DNA from: an uncultured Gemmatimonadales bacterium
GTDB taxonomy: Bacteria > Gemmatimonadota > Gemmatimonadetes > Gemmatimonadales > Gemmatimonadaceae
Length of the DNA: 64,000 bases
NCBI GenBank assembly: GCA_963793305.1
Contig: CAWBZV010000003.1
Location: forward strand, 576,001-640,000
Direction of reading: 5' to 3'
The position numbers and the translations under genes are program-made. Each line of letters starts with the position of its first letter. Within the stretch, counting starts at the first letter, position 1. Below the pieces are notes generated by a model that worked only from the letters and a program-made list of their open reading frames with translations, was not told the origin of the DNA and searched no databases. Below are positions 31,086 to 41,411 of this stretch, piece by piece.

Positions 31086-31778
31086 GAACGCCAGCACGCG
31101 CTGCCACGCCTCCGGCGCATGCACCGCGGCCTGCGGCGTCCCCGCGAATCGGAAGAACGCATGCCCCTCCTCACGGTACATCGTGAGCGAGAACGCCTTC
31201 TCGTTCTCAATCAGGGTATCCTGAATCTTCTGAATGTCAGGCCCGGGAATGCTCTCATCCATGCCGCCAAACACGAGGAAGAGCGGCGACTGGATCTGGG
31301 GCGTGTAGTCGAGCATCGGCGGGCGACCGTCGTACGGCGACCGCACGATCTGCGAGCCATAGAACGAGATCGCCGCCCGAATGTCGTCGAACGTCGCCGT
31401 CATAAACGCGACGGACCCACCCCAGCAGAACCCCCACGTCGCCACTTCGCCCGACGCCTCAGCCTGTCCCCTTACCCAGTCGATCGCGGCCCGGATGTCC
31501 GACCGGACGTCATCATGCGACAGCTGATTGACCGCCGCGCGCCCGCGTGCCATCCCGTCCTTGTCGTACGGCGCCAGGAAGTTCTTGTCCGTCCGGTGGA
31601 ACAGCGCCGGCAGAACCGCCAGATACCCCTCGCCCGCCATCATGTCGGCGATGTGCTGGAGCTCGGGAGTGATCCCGAAGATCTCCTGCAGCATGATGAC
31701 CGCCGGAAATGGCCCGTTACCCTCCGGCCGGGCGACGTACATGGGCATCGCCCCGTCGCGAGTCTCGATCTCGATCAC
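31035..31778 (-). CDS. Dienelactone hydrolase family
   Basis: QEIFG, GFCWGG and GHAF; TATAAT 5 nt before GTG. Confidence 0.9.
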   Translation of the reverse strand: MIEIETRDGAMPMYVARPEGNGPFPAVIMLQEIFGITPELQHIADMMAGEGYLAVLPALFHRTDKNFLAPYDKDGMARGRAAVNQLSHDDVRSDIRAAIDWVRGQAEASGEVATWGFCWGGSVAFMTATFDDIRAAISFYGSQIVRSPYDGRPPMLDYTPQIQSPLFLVFGGMDESIPGPDIQKIQDTLIENEKAFSLTMYREEGHAFFRFAGTPQAAVHAPEAWQRVLAFLQNAFAVGTDDQIDGE

Positions 31779-31928
31779 GCCCTATTATAACGCGCTACAG
31801 TCACGTGGAACGCCTCGGCCACGAGTGCGGTATGCGCTGCCGCAGCGCCGCCCGACGACATATGGGCGCAGGCGATCTGCTGTACCGAACATCGCCGAAG
31901 CCCATATGTCGTCGGGCCCCCCCGCGAC

Positions 31929-32594
31929 TCAGCCCTGTCCGAGCTCCCCGGCAAGATCGATGACCCGGGCGATCCGGTCGGTAGCATGCCGCCAATTCTC
32001 GCGGACCGCGCGCTCTGCCGCCGCCGGCTTGCCGTTCGCGATGGCTTCGATCACCGCCTCATGCTCCCGCACCGACGATGAGACGTCACTCGACAAAAGC
32101 CCGATGTACATCCTGATGTAGCGCTCCGCCTGCGGCTTGATCGAATCGTGCATGGCGACGAGCCGCAGCCCGCCCGCGGCGACCACGTACCGCCGGTGGA
32201 ACTCCTCGTCGTGCCGATACAGCGCGTCCAAATCCATGTGCGCGGTCCCAAACGCCGCGTTCAGCCTGACGAGATCCTTAGCGATCGCCCCCCGCGTGCG
32301 TTTCGGCAGGCGCGCCGACAACGCGGCGGCCAGCCCTTCGAGCGCGCCGACGATCACCAGGAGCTCCTCGGCGTCCGCCCGGGTAAGCGGCGCCACCGAC
32401 AGCCGAGCCTGGTGAGCGCCGGGCTCGGCACGGACGTACCCCTCCTGCTGCAGCCGACGGAGCGCCTCCCGGACCGGCGTCCGGCTGATCCCGAGCCGCC
32501 GGGCGACATCGGTCTCGATCAGCCGACCACCAGGCGCTAATCGGCCGCGGACAATGAGTTCGCGCAGCCGCTCATACGGCTCTTGGGAGAGCAT
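31929..32594 (-). CDS. GntR (FadR/FCD) regulator
   Basis: LGISRTPVREALRRL...DEEFH...EHEAVIEAI. Confidence 0.9.
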   Translation of the reverse strand: MLSQEPYERLRELIVRGRLAPGGRLIETDVARRLGISRTPVREALRRLQQEGYVRAEPGAHQARLSVAPLTRADAEELLVIVGALEGLAAALSARLPKRTRGAIAKDLVRLNAAFGTAHMDLDALYRHDEEFHRRYVVAAGGLRLVAMHDSIKPQAERYIRMYIGLLSSDVSSSVREHEAVIEAIANGKPAAAERAVRENWRHATDRIARVIDLAGELGQG

Positions 32595-32653
32595 GTGTCC
32601 CGTAAGCCTAACATGGGACACGGAAGTTCCCTCTGGCGAGATTGGCCACAGAA

Positions 32654-32663
32654 TTGTATACAA
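32654..32663. promoter_or_regulatory. TTGTATACAA palindrome, candidate GntR operator
   Basis: Perfect 10-bp palindrome between divergent gntR and permease genes. Confidence 0.55.
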
Positions 32664-32669
32664 ATATGT

Positions 32670-34091
32670 ATGCAGAGTCTCTTCTACCGGAAGCCGCTGA
32701 GCGCCCTCCGCGCCGAGTCCGAGCACAATCCCCTGCGCCGCTCGCTGGGACCGATCCAGCTCACGGCGCTCGGGATCGGCTCGATCATCGGCACCGGCAT
32801 TTTCGTGTTCACCGGCACCGCCGCGCAAGACGCCGGCCCCGCGCTCGTGCTCTCGATGATGTTCGCCGCCTTGGGTTGCGCCGCCGCGGGACTCTGCTAC
32901 GCGGAGCTGGCGTCGATGGTGCCGGTCGCCGGCAGCGCCTACACGTACGCCTACGCGACCGCCGGACAGCTGGTCGCCTGGATCATCGGCTGGGACTTGA
33001 TCCTCGAGTACTCGCTCGCCGTCTCGTCGATCGCCGTCGGCTGGTCCGGCTACTTCGTGAGCTTCCTCAAGGGGTTCGGCATCACCTTGCCGGCGAACCT
33101 CACGTCAGTCCCACACGGCGTGAACGTGCCGGCGTTCGTCATCGTGCTCGTCGTCGCGGCACTGTTGTCGAGCGGCATCCGCGAGTCGGCGCGGGCCAAC
33201 ACCGTGCTGGTGGCGATCAAGTCCGTCGTGCTGGTCGTGTTCGTCGTGGCCGGCATCAGCTTCGTCCGCAAGTCCAACCTGACGCCGTTCATTCCGCCGA
33301 ACACCGGCGAGTTCGGCCACTTCGGTGTGAGCGGCATATTGCGCGGCGCCGGGGTGATTTTCTTCGCGTTCATCGGGTTCGATGCCGTGTCCACCGCCGC
33401 GCAGGAAGCGAAGAATCCGCAAAAGGACATGCCCACGGGCATCCTGGCATCGCTCGCCATCTGCACGGTGCTCTACATCGCCGTCGCGCTCGTGCTCTGC
33501 GGGCTCGTGCCGTTTACCAAGCTCAATGTGCCCGATCCCCTCGCGGTCGGCATCGACGCCACGGGCCTCACGTGGCTCTCGCCGGTCATCAAGATCAGCG
33601 CGATCTTTGGGTTGTTCAGTACGATGCTGGTTCAGCTCTTGGGACAGACGCGCATCTTTTTCTTCATGAGCCGCGATGGGCTCTTGCCCGAGCTCTTCGG
33701 CCGTATCCATCCGAAAACACGCACGCCAGTGATCAGTACGATGCTGGTGGGCGTGCTATGCGCTCTCGCCGCGGCGCTCTTCCCCATCAGTACGCTCGGC
33801 GAGATGGTGAACATCGGGACGCTGCTCGCGTTCACGCTCGTCTCGATCGGAGTGTTACTCCTGCGGCGCTCCGACCCCGACGCCCCCCGGCCATTCCGCG
33901 TGCCGGGCGCGCCATGGGTGCCCATCATCGGCGCGGTGATCTGCGTCGCACAGATGGTGGGGCTCCCATGGCAAACTTGGGTTCGGCTGGTCGTCTGGCT
34001 CGTGATCGGCCTGACGGTCTACTTCTTACGGCGTCGGGGCCGCGTGCTTGCGCCGGCTCAGGAATTGGAAAAACTCGACTCCCTCGCGTAG
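32670..34091 (+). CDS. APC-family amino-acid permease
   Basis: GSIIGTGIF, YAELASMVPVAGSAYTY, FFAFIGFDAVST, AQEAKNPQ. Confidence 0.92.
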   Translation: MQSLFYRKPLSALRAESEHNPLRRSLGPIQLTALGIGSIIGTGIFVFTGTAAQDAGPALVLSMMFAALGCAAAGLCYAELASMVPVAGSAYTYAYATAGQLVAWIIGWDLILEYSLAVSSIAVGWSGYFVSFLKGFGITLPANLTSVPHGVNVPAFVIVLVVAALLSSGIRESARANTVLVAIKSVVLVVFVVAGISFVRKSNLTPFIPPNTGEFGHFGVSGILRGAGVIFFAFIGFDAVSTAAQEAKNPQKDMPTGILASLAICTVLYIAVALVLCGLVPFTKLNVPDPLAVGIDATGLTWLSPVIKISAIFGLFSTMLVQLLGQTRIFFFMSRDGLLPELFGRIHPKTRTPVISTMLVGVLCALAAALFPISTLGEMVNIGTLLAFTLVSIGVLLLRRSDPDAPRPFRVPGAPWVPIIGAVICVAQMVGLPWQTWVRLVVWLVIGLTVYFLRRRGRVLAPAQELEKLDSLA

Positions 34092-35468
34092 CCGCCGCTT
34101 CGCCATCGTCGGGCTCATCAGCATCTCCAACGTCATCTCGGCGATCTTCCCGGCGCGGAAGTAGAACTTCTTGTACATCGTCTCGACCGAATCGAAGATC
34201 TCGGTCTGGCCGAGGTGGTCGTACGAGAGCGACGCGGTCTGGCGGCCGTGTTCGTCGACCAGGTGCGTGTTCTCGTCGTCCGGCGGGAGCCAGCCGTTCT
34301 CTTTCGCCTGGTTGTACAGGTACGTCCCCGGATACGGCGCGGCGATCGACACCTGGATCGTGTGCGGGTTGATCTCGCGCGCGTAGTTGATCGTTTCCTG
34401 GATGGTCTCTCGCGTCTCGCCCGGAAGCCCGAGAATAAACGTCCCGTGAATGGTTATTCCCAAATCCCGACAATCTTTGGTAAACCGTTTCGCGACGTCG
34501 ATCCGGAGACCCTTCTTGATGTTATTCAGGATCTCCTGATTCCCTGACTCGTATCCCACAAGCAGTAGCCGCAGGCCATTATCGCGCATGACCTTGAGCG
34601 TCTCGTACGGGACATTCGCCTTGGCATTGCACGACCAGGTCATCCCGAGCTTGCCGAGTCCCCGCGCGATTTCTTCCGTGCGCGGCCGGTCATCGGTGAA
34701 CGTGTCATCGTCGAAAAACACTTCCTCGGCTTGCGGGAAGTATTTCGGGATGAGCGCCATTTCTTCGAGGACATGCCCGACGCTGCGCGTGCGATAGCGA
34801 TGGCCACCGACCGTCTGCGGCCAGAGACAGAACGTGCACTTCGAGCGGCACCCACGGCCCGTGTACAGTGACACGTACGGGTGCTTGAGATACCCAATGA
34901 AATAATCTTCGACCTTGAGATCGCGCTTGTAGACATCGACCACGAACGGCAGCTGGTCCATGTTCTCGAGAATCGCGCGATGTGGCGTGCTGACCGCGCG
35001 ACCTTGGTCGTCGCGATACGTCACGCCGTCGACCGTGGAAAGCGGGCGACCTTCGGCGATTTCTTTAATCGTGAAGTCGAACTCCTCACGCGCGACGAAG
35101 TCGATCACCGGTGAGGCGAGTAGTGACTTGTCGGGCTCGACCGCGACCTTGGCGCCCACAAACCCGATCATGAGGCTCGGGTTTTCGCGCTTGAGGGCCT
35201 CGGCGACCTTGACGTCCCCCGGGAACGATGGCGAGCTCGTGTGTAGGACAGCCAGCTCGTAGTCTTTCGCGAGCGTAAGCACTTGCTGCAACGACAGGCC
35301 GGCCGCGGGGGCGTCGACGAGCTTGCTGTCGGGCACCAGCGCCGCGGGCTGTGCGAGCCACGTCGGGTACCAGAACGAGCGCACCTCGCGCTTCGCCTGA
35401 TATCGCGAGCCGGCCCCACCGTCGAATCCCTCATACGAGGGAGGGTGCAAAAAGAGCGTGCGCATCAT
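34026..35468 (-). CDS. hpnJ: Hopanoid biosynthesis radical SAM protein HpnJ
   Basis: FDGGAGSRYQAKRE, CRSKCTFC. Confidence 0.93.
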   Translation of the reverse strand: MMRTLFLHPPSYEGFDGGAGSRYQAKREVRSFWYPTWLAQPAALVPDSKLVDAPAAGLSLQQVLTLAKDYELAVLHTSSPSFPGDVKVAEALKRENPSLMIGFVGAKVAVEPDKSLLASPVIDFVAREEFDFTIKEIAEGRPLSTVDGVTYRDDQGRAVSTPHRAILENMDQLPFVVDVYKRDLKVEDYFIGYLKHPYVSLYTGRGCRSKCTFCLWPQTVGGHRYRTRSVGHVLEEMALIPKYFPQAEEVFFDDDTFTDDRPRTEEIARGLGKLGMTWSCNAKANVPYETLKVMRDNGLRLLLVGYESGNQEILNNIKKGLRIDVAKRFTKDCRDLGITIHGTFILGLPGETRETIQETINYAREINPHTIQVSIAAPYPGTYLYNQAKENGWLPPDDENTHLVDEHGRQTASLSYDHLGQTEIFDSVETMYKKFYFRAGKIAEMTLEMLMSPTMAKRRLREGVEFFQFLSRRKHAAPTP

Positions 35469-36650
35469 TTAAGCGTAACTCTCCTCTCTCGTGCGGAGAA
35501 CTCCATCAGGTCTCACCCATAGCTCAGTACCGCGCCACGTCACACGGCGGCTCGCGTAACTCATCACCCACATCCCGAACGACAGGATATCGCGAATCGG
35601 CACGAGCCACACGAGATACCACGGCCGCTCTTGGTCGACCGCGACGCGATCGGGATCCCACGCTGGGGGCCCCGAACTGACGTAATGTAGTATGACCCTC
35701 AAACCCACGGCGAGAGCCACCAACCCCAGCGACCAGCGGGCGAAATCGAAGGCCGCGCTCGCCAGCAGGGTGAGCGGCACGACATACGTCAGAAACGACA
35801 TCGCATGACCAACCGGCGTGACCGTGCGGATCGTGCGCAACCACCGCAGCTCGTGTCGGACGAGGTCCGTCAGTGTCGGCTCGTTGACCGTCGCGACGAC
35901 CTCATAGCGCGGGATCACGCACTTGAGGCCCAGCTGGCGCACGCGGAGCCCGAGCTCATAGTCGTCGGCCAGGAGCGGGGCCAAGACCTCGAACCCGCCG
36001 ACCGCGGTCAGCACCTCGCGACGCAGTGCCATCGTCGTGCCCGAGCAGTACGCGTTAGACCCGAGCGTGCTGGCCACGAGCACCGAAGGGATGAACCCCT
36101 CGTCGATGGCCAACGCCCCGAGCTCGGCCCACAAGCCGCCCGCGGGACGACCGCGATAGCTGCACGAGACGATGCCGACTGACGGATCTGTCAGTGGTTC
36201 GACCACACGCTCTAAGTAGTGAGGCCCGACCCGAATGTCGCTATCGTTGATCACGATCATATCGTATTTCGCGAACAGCTTGAGGTGCGCCAGCGTGTTG
36301 CATTTTCGATTCTCACCGATCCGCGTCGCGCCCGGAATAACCCGAATGTCGACGTGCGGATACTCGGCCGCCACACGACGCGCCACCTCGAGCGCCGGAT
36401 CGTTCGCGTCACGCGCGCCGAACAGGATCTCGTAGTTCGTGTGCGACTGCTCGCAGAACGATCGCAGGTTTTCGAGGAGACCCGGCTCGAGGCCACAGAG
36501 CGGCTTCAAGACGCTGACCGGTGGTAGCGGTTGTGGTGCGGCGAGGCGTGGTGTGCGCTTCCGCCAGATCAGTGTCACGAGCACGCTGAGCGCAACATAG
36601 ATGAGCGAAAAAACGGCGAGCACCAGTGCCGCAAAGGCAACGAATCCCAT
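35469..36650 (-). CDS. hpnI: Bacteriohopanetetrol glucosamine glycosyltransferase HpnI
   Basis: VSVLKPLCG, DSDI, LADDY, HELRWLRTIR. Confidence 0.9.
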   Translation of the reverse strand: MGFVAFAALVLAVFSLIYVALSVLVTLIWRKRTPRLAAPQPLPPVSVLKPLCGLEPGLLENLRSFCEQSHTNYEILFGARDANDPALEVARRVAAEYPHVDIRVIPGATRIGENRKCNTLAHLKLFAKYDMIVINDSDIRVGPHYLERVVEPLTDPSVGIVSCSYRGRPAGGLWAELGALAIDEGFIPSVLVASTLGSNAYCSGTTMALRREVLTAVGGFEVLAPLLADDYELGLRVRQLGLKCVIPRYEVVATVNEPTLTDLVRHELRWLRTIRTVTPVGHAMSFLTYVVPLTLLASAAFDFARWSLGLVALAVGLRVILHYVSSGPPAWDPDRVAVDQERPWYLVWLVPIRDILSFGMWVMSYASRRVTWRGTELWVRPDGVLRTREESYA

Positions 36651-36744
36651 GGTAAGACCTATTGCTCCTGGCTAACTTCGGAACTTGGACGGGCTGTCCC
36701 AGCTTAGAATCCCCGTCTGCCCCATTCCTGTTCCCGATTTCGTT

Positions 36745-37848
36745 TTGAGCTTATCTGCCTCGCGCGTCCGCGCCGCGCTTTGGATCGCGGCTGGCGCCGG
36801 TCTCCTCGCCGCCGTTCTGCTCGTACTCCGCGAGGGGCTTCCCGACATCCTACGGTTGCTAGATGTGGCTGGCTGGCGCCTCTTGTGGCTAGTGCCGGCC
36901 CATGTCCTGCCGTTGGCCTGTTTCGCTGCAGCCTGGTTGGTTCTGCTACGGCCTGAAAGCTCGGCGCAGCCGAGCTCTTTCCAACCGACCAGTCGAGCAG
37001 CGCGATCAGCGCTGCATCGACGTGCCGCGGAGCGGCAACCGGGAATCATTTATCTCACTTGGGGGGCAATAGTTCGAGAAGCAGTCGCTGGACTATTGCC
37101 CGTCGCGCGGGTCGGCGGCGAGGTCGTCGGTGTCCGCCTCCTGGTACGTCGTGGTGTCCCAGCGTCCACTGCAAGTGCCAGCGTCATTGTGGAACTGACC
37201 CTTACAATGGTCGCCCAGGTCACCTTCGCGACCATTGGTTTGATATTGCTCGCCGGCTACCCCACGGTGGGACCAGCCGTTCGAGTAGTTGCGATAGGCC
37301 TCGTGATCAGCGTGATTGCCATTCCCCTATTCGTCCTCGTTGTCAAACGATGGGGGCGATCGGCCTTCGCGCTCATGCAACGCGTGATCGGTGCGCTCGG
37401 CGGCGGGGAGCAGGTCGGGGGCGACCCCGCGCGGTTTCACGAAGTACTCCATTCGATGTATGCCGACCGCATCGCGGTCGTGGCGTGCGGCGTATGGCAA
37501 CTGGTAGGATTCCTGGTCGGCGCCTTCGAGACCTGGTTGGCGCTTCGGTTACTCGGTCTGTCTGGTGATGTACGGATGGCGATTGTGCTCGAAAGTCTGG
37601 CGACGGCGGTCCAAAGCGCGACCTTCATGGTACCCGGTGGCCTCGGGACGCAAGAGGGCGGGTTCGTTTTGTTTGGCGCGGCGGTCGGATTGACCCCGCA
37701 GGTCTCCCTGGCGTTGAGTTTGGCACGCCGGATGCGGCAGGTAGTGCTCGGGCTCCCGGCCCTTCTGTCGTGGTACTGGACCGAGCGGAACTCTGACCGG
37801 TCCAGCCGCATTCCCTACTCGGGACCTACAGGAGCCGATGAGTACTGA
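36745..37848 (+). CDS. HpnL-like membrane protein (LPG-synthase TM domain) with an in-frame repeat insertion
   Basis: LPVARVGGE, FMVPGGLGTQEGG, RRMRQ; start uncertain. Confidence 0.8.
   Translation: MSLSASRVRAALWIAAGAGLLAAVLLVLREGLPDILRLLDVAGWRLLWLVPAHVLPLACFAAAWLVLLRPESSAQPSSFQPTSRAARSALHRRAAERQPGIIYLTWGAIVREAVAGLLPVARVGGEVVGVRLLVRRGVPASTASASVIVELTLTMVAQVTFATIGLILLAGYPTVGPAVRVVAIGLVISVIAIPLFVLVVKRWGRSAFALMQRVIGALGGGEQVGGDPARFHEVLHSMYADRIAVVACGVWQLVGFLVGAFETWLALRLLGLSGDVRMAIVLESLATAVQSATFMVPGGLGTQEGGFVLFGAAVGLTPQVSLALSLARRMRQVVLGLPALLSWYWTERNSDRSSRIPYSGPTGADEY
36958..37037 (+). repeat. REP-like multi-hairpin repeat, copy 1 (inside CDS)
   Basis: AGCTCGGC-GCA-GCCGAGCT...CCAACCGACCAGTCGAGCAGCGCGATCAGCGCTGCATCGACGTGCCGCGGAGCGGCA. 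Confidence 0.85.
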
Positions 37849-38818
37849 CGCAGGAGCCTTGCAGGACCGCTTGCTGCCGGGCGTCTCGCGAACCTTCGCG
37901 TTGACGATTCCACAGCTGCCGCCCGCGCTACGTTCGGTCGTCGCCAACGCATATCTGCTCTGTCGGATTGCAGATACGATCGAGGACGAGGTCGCGCTGT
38001 CGGCCGAGGAGAAATTGCGGTTCTCGGACTGGTTTATCGATATCGTGGCGGGCCGGAAGCCCGCCGCGCCGTTCGCCCATGAGCTCGAACCGCTGTTGGC
38101 GGCATCGACCTCGGACGATGAGCGGGAGCTCATCCGCGAGACGCCGGGAGTTATTCGGGTCACGGCCTCGTTTGGTCCGCGTCAGCGAGCGGCCTTGGAA
38201 CGGTGCATCCGCATCATGTGCGATGGCATGCCCCGGTTTCAGCGGCACGCCAGTCTCGCGGGACTGTCGGACGTCGCCGAGCTCGATTCGTACTGCTACT
38301 ACGTGGCCGGCGTCGTTGGCGAGATGCTGACAGAGCTCTTCTGTGCCTACTCGCCCGAGATCGAAGCCCGTCGCGAGCAACTCGCGCCGCTCGCCGTCTC
38401 GTTCGGCCTCGGGCTCCAGATGACCAACATCATCAAGGACGTGTGGGACGATCGCCGGCGCGGCGTCTCGTGGATGCCGCGTGATGTGTCGATCGACGAA
38501 GTCATTGGCATCGCCCACCAACACCTCCGGGACGCCCTCTCCTACACCTTGGCGATTCCCAGAAGCGAAACCGGGATCCGGCGTTTTCTATTGTGGGCTT
38601 TGGGATTAGCGGTATTGACGTTGCGGAAGGTCCATGGAAACCCAACTTTCCTCTCGGGGCAGAGCGTGAAGGTCTCACGCCGGACAGTCCGCGCGACGGT
38701 ATTCGTCACGTCAGTTTTGGTGCGGAATGACCGGCTACTGTCACGCTTGTTCGAGCGCGCGGCCGAAGGGCTGCCGCTCACGCCACTGTCCCTGTCACCT
38801 GTTGCTTCGGTCGCATGA
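37838..38818 (+). CDS. Squalene synthase (single-enzyme type) / phytoene-squalene synthase family
   Basis: VSRTFAL, DTIED, YCYYVAGVVG, LQMTNIIKD. Confidence 0.88.
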   Translation: MSTDAGALQDRLLPGVSRTFALTIPQLPPALRSVVANAYLLCRIADTIEDEVALSAEEKLRFSDWFIDIVAGRKPAAPFAHELEPLLAASTSDDERELIRETPGVIRVTASFGPRQRAALERCIRIMCDGMPRFQRHASLAGLSDVAELDSYCYYVAGVVGEMLTELFCAYSPEIEARREQLAPLAVSFGLGLQMTNIIKDVWDDRRRGVSWMPRDVSIDEVIGIAHQHLRDALSYTLAIPRSETGIRRFLLWALGLAVLTLRKVHGNPTFLSGQSVKVSRRTVRATVFVTSVLVRNDRLLSRLFERAAEGLPLTPLSLSPVASVA

Positions 38819-40755
38819 GCTCATCTCTCGTCAGCGTCATTGATATAGAATCACAACCGGATCCAAGCGCACTGGAGGCGGGGATTGCCCGCGCGTCCAA
38901 GGCGCTGATCGCGCAGCAGGATAGTGAGGGGTATTGGCGGTTCGATCTCGAGGCCGATTGCACGATCACGGCCGAGTACATCCTGATGATGCACTTTATG
39001 GACGAGATCGACTCGCCACTGCAAACGCGGCTCGCCAAGCACCTGCGAGCGAAGCAGGAAGCGCACGGTGGCTGGGGCTTGTTCCACGGCGGCGCGTTCG
39101 ACCTCTCATGCTCGGTCAAGTGTTACTACGCGCTCAAGATGGCCGGCGAGAGCCCCGAAGCGCCGTACATGTTGCGCGCGAAGCGGGCCATCTTGGCACA
39201 TGGTGGCGCCGCCAAAGCCAACGTGTTCACGCGCATCACCCTGGCGCTGTTCGAGCAGATCCCCTGGCGCGGGTGTCCGTTCCTCCCCGTCGAGATCGTG
39301 CTCCTGCCGCGGTGGTTCCCGTTTCATCTCACGAAAGTCTCGTACTGGTCGCGCACCGTCATGGTGCCGCTGGCCATTCTGTGCAGCTTGAAGCTCCGCG
39401 CCCGCAACCCGCGCCGCGTCGACATCCGTGAGCTGTTCGTCACGCCGCCGGAAAAAGAGAAAGAATATTTCCCGGCGCGATCGACACTGAGTCGCGCGTT
39501 CGCGGCACTAGACGCCATCGGTCGGAAAAGCGAGGCGCGGATTCCCAACGCTGCTCGTCGTCGCGCGTTGCTCCGCGCCACGCGCTGGTTCACCGCCCGC
39601 CTCAACGGCACCAATGGACTCGGCGGCATCTTCCCCGCGATGGTCAACGCGTACGAAGCACTCGCCGCCTTGGGATACGGCTACGATCACCCATATCGCG
39701 TGCAGGCGAGAGAGGCGCTCAAGAAATTACTCGTGGTCGGCGAAGAGACCGCCTACTGCCAGCCGTGCGTCTCACCAGTGTGGGATACCGCACTGGCCAC
39801 GCTCGCTCTCCAGGAAGTCGGTGATGAGGCGGCGGAAGTCGCGGCCGACCGGGCGCTCGACTGGTGCGTCTCCAAGCAGCTCAAAGAGGCTCAGCCTGGC
39901 GATTGGCGGGACGTACGACCGGGCGTCCGAGGCGGCGGCTGGGCGTTCCAGTTCGCGAATCCCCACTATCCCGATCTCGACGACACGTCAGCGGTCGCCT
40001 GGGCCATGTCGCAGTCCGGCTCCCGCGCGCGCTATAAGGAGTCCATGGCCTCGGCGGCCGAATGGATCGTCGGGATGCAAAGTCGAAACGGTGGGTTCGG
40101 TGCGTTCGATGCCGACAACACCGCGCGGTATCTCAATCAGATTCCGTTCGCGGATCACGGCGCGCTGCTCGATCCGCCCACGAGCGACGTCAGCGCGCGC
40201 TGTGCGCTGGCGCTCGCACGCTACGGCCGGCCTGAGCATCGGTTCGCGTTGACGCGCTGTCTCGCGTTCTTGCGGGACGAACAGGAGCCCGCGGGCTCTT
40301 GGTTCGGGCGCTGGGGAACCAACTACGTCTACGGCACGTGGTCGGTGCTGACGGCGCTGGAACAGGCCGGCGGGCCCGCTGATCGCGCGGTGATCGCGCG
40401 TGGCGCGGCATGGCTCGAGAATCGGCAGAATGCCGACGGTGGCTGGGGCGAGTCGAACGAGAGCTACTGGGACCAGGGCTGCGTTTCCCGGCGCGATCCC
40501 AGCACCGCATGTCAGACTGCCTGGGGTGTCCTTGGGCTTCTTGCTGCCGGGGAGGTCGATTCGGCCGCGGTGCGGCGCGGGGTCGCGTATCTCCTCTCGC
40601 GGCAGGACGCGGACGGGCAGTGGGACGATCCGTGGTTCAACGCGCCCGGGTTCCCGCGAGTGTTCTTCCTCAAGTACCACGGGTACGCCAAGTACTTCCC
40701 GTTGTGGGCGCTGGCGCGATACCGCACGCTGACGCGCTCAGGCGCGGCGGCGTGA
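38815..40755 (+). CDS. shc: Squalene-hopene cyclase
   Basis: SPVWDT, YPDLDDT (DxDD), QW repeats, GFPRVFFLKYHGY. Confidence 0.96.
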   Translation: MSSSLVSVIDIESQPDPSALEAGIARASKALIAQQDSEGYWRFDLEADCTITAEYILMMHFMDEIDSPLQTRLAKHLRAKQEAHGGWGLFHGGAFDLSCSVKCYYALKMAGESPEAPYMLRAKRAILAHGGAAKANVFTRITLALFEQIPWRGCPFLPVEIVLLPRWFPFHLTKVSYWSRTVMVPLAILCSLKLRARNPRRVDIRELFVTPPEKEKEYFPARSTLSRAFAALDAIGRKSEARIPNAARRRALLRATRWFTARLNGTNGLGGIFPAMVNAYEALAALGYGYDHPYRVQAREALKKLLVVGEETAYCQPCVSPVWDTALATLALQEVGDEAAEVAADRALDWCVSKQLKEAQPGDWRDVRPGVRGGGWAFQFANPHYPDLDDTSAVAWAMSQSGSRARYKESMASAAEWIVGMQSRNGGFGAFDADNTARYLNQIPFADHGALLDPPTSDVSARCALALARYGRPEHRFALTRCLAFLRDEQEPAGSWFGRWGTNYVYGTWSVLTALEQAGGPADRAVIARGAAWLENRQNADGGWGESNESYWDQGCVSRRDPSTACQTAWGVLGLLAAGEVDSAAVRRGVAYLLSRQDADGQWDDPWFNAPGFPRVFFLKYHGYAKYFPLWALARYRTLTRSGAAA

Positions 40756-41411
40756 CCGGCGTCGTCGCTGCACTTCCGGCCGAGGCGCGGTGGCTGCGAG
40801 CGTCGGCGCTCGAAGTGCGCGTGGGAGGTATCGGCGCCGAGCACGCGCGGCGGACCGCACGAGCGTTCGTCGCTGACGGAGCGAAAGCGCTCATCTCCTG
40901 GGGCACGGCCGCCGCACTCGCTCCCTCGCTCGCCGTCGGGACTCTGATCCTCGCTGATCGCGTCGTCGGTGACAACGACAGTGTGCCGCTCGTGCCGGAC
41001 CTCGCGTGGACTGCGCGCGTCGCGCTTGCGCTGCGCGGCATCGTCCCCGTCGTGCGCGGCACGCTGGCTTGTCCCGTCGAGGTATTGCGGAGCGCCAAGG
41101 AGAAGCGCGCGCTGGCCGATCAATGTGGCGCGATCGCGGCTGACATGGAGAGTGCGGCGATCGGCGCTGTGGCACGAGAGGCGGGGGCGCCATGGATCGT
41201 CGTGCGCGCGATCTCTGATGCGGCCGACACGGTCGTGCCGGCGAGTGTGGTGACCGCCATCGATCGCTCCGGCGCGCTGAGCCTCGTGCGACTGCTCGGC
41301 GCCCTGATCCAGAATCCCGGCGACATCGCGGCCCTCCCGACGCTGGCGCGGGGGATGCGGCTCGCGGGCCGGACGATGATGAGCGTCGCGCCGGTGCTGG
41401 AGGGCGCGTGA
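40752..41411 (+). CDS. hpnG: Hopanoid-associated phosphorylase HpnG
   Basis: SWGTAAAL, ADMESAA, VRAISD; directly after shc. Confidence 0.85.
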   Translation: MTGVVAALPAEARWLRASALEVRVGGIGAEHARRTARAFVADGAKALISWGTAAALAPSLAVGTLILADRVVGDNDSVPLVPDLAWTARVALALRGIVPVVRGTLACPVEVLRSAKEKRALADQCGAIAADMESAAIGAVAREAGAPWIVVRAISDAADTVVPASVVTAIDRSGALSLVRLLGALIQNPGDIAALPTLARGMRLAGRTMMSVAPVLEGA

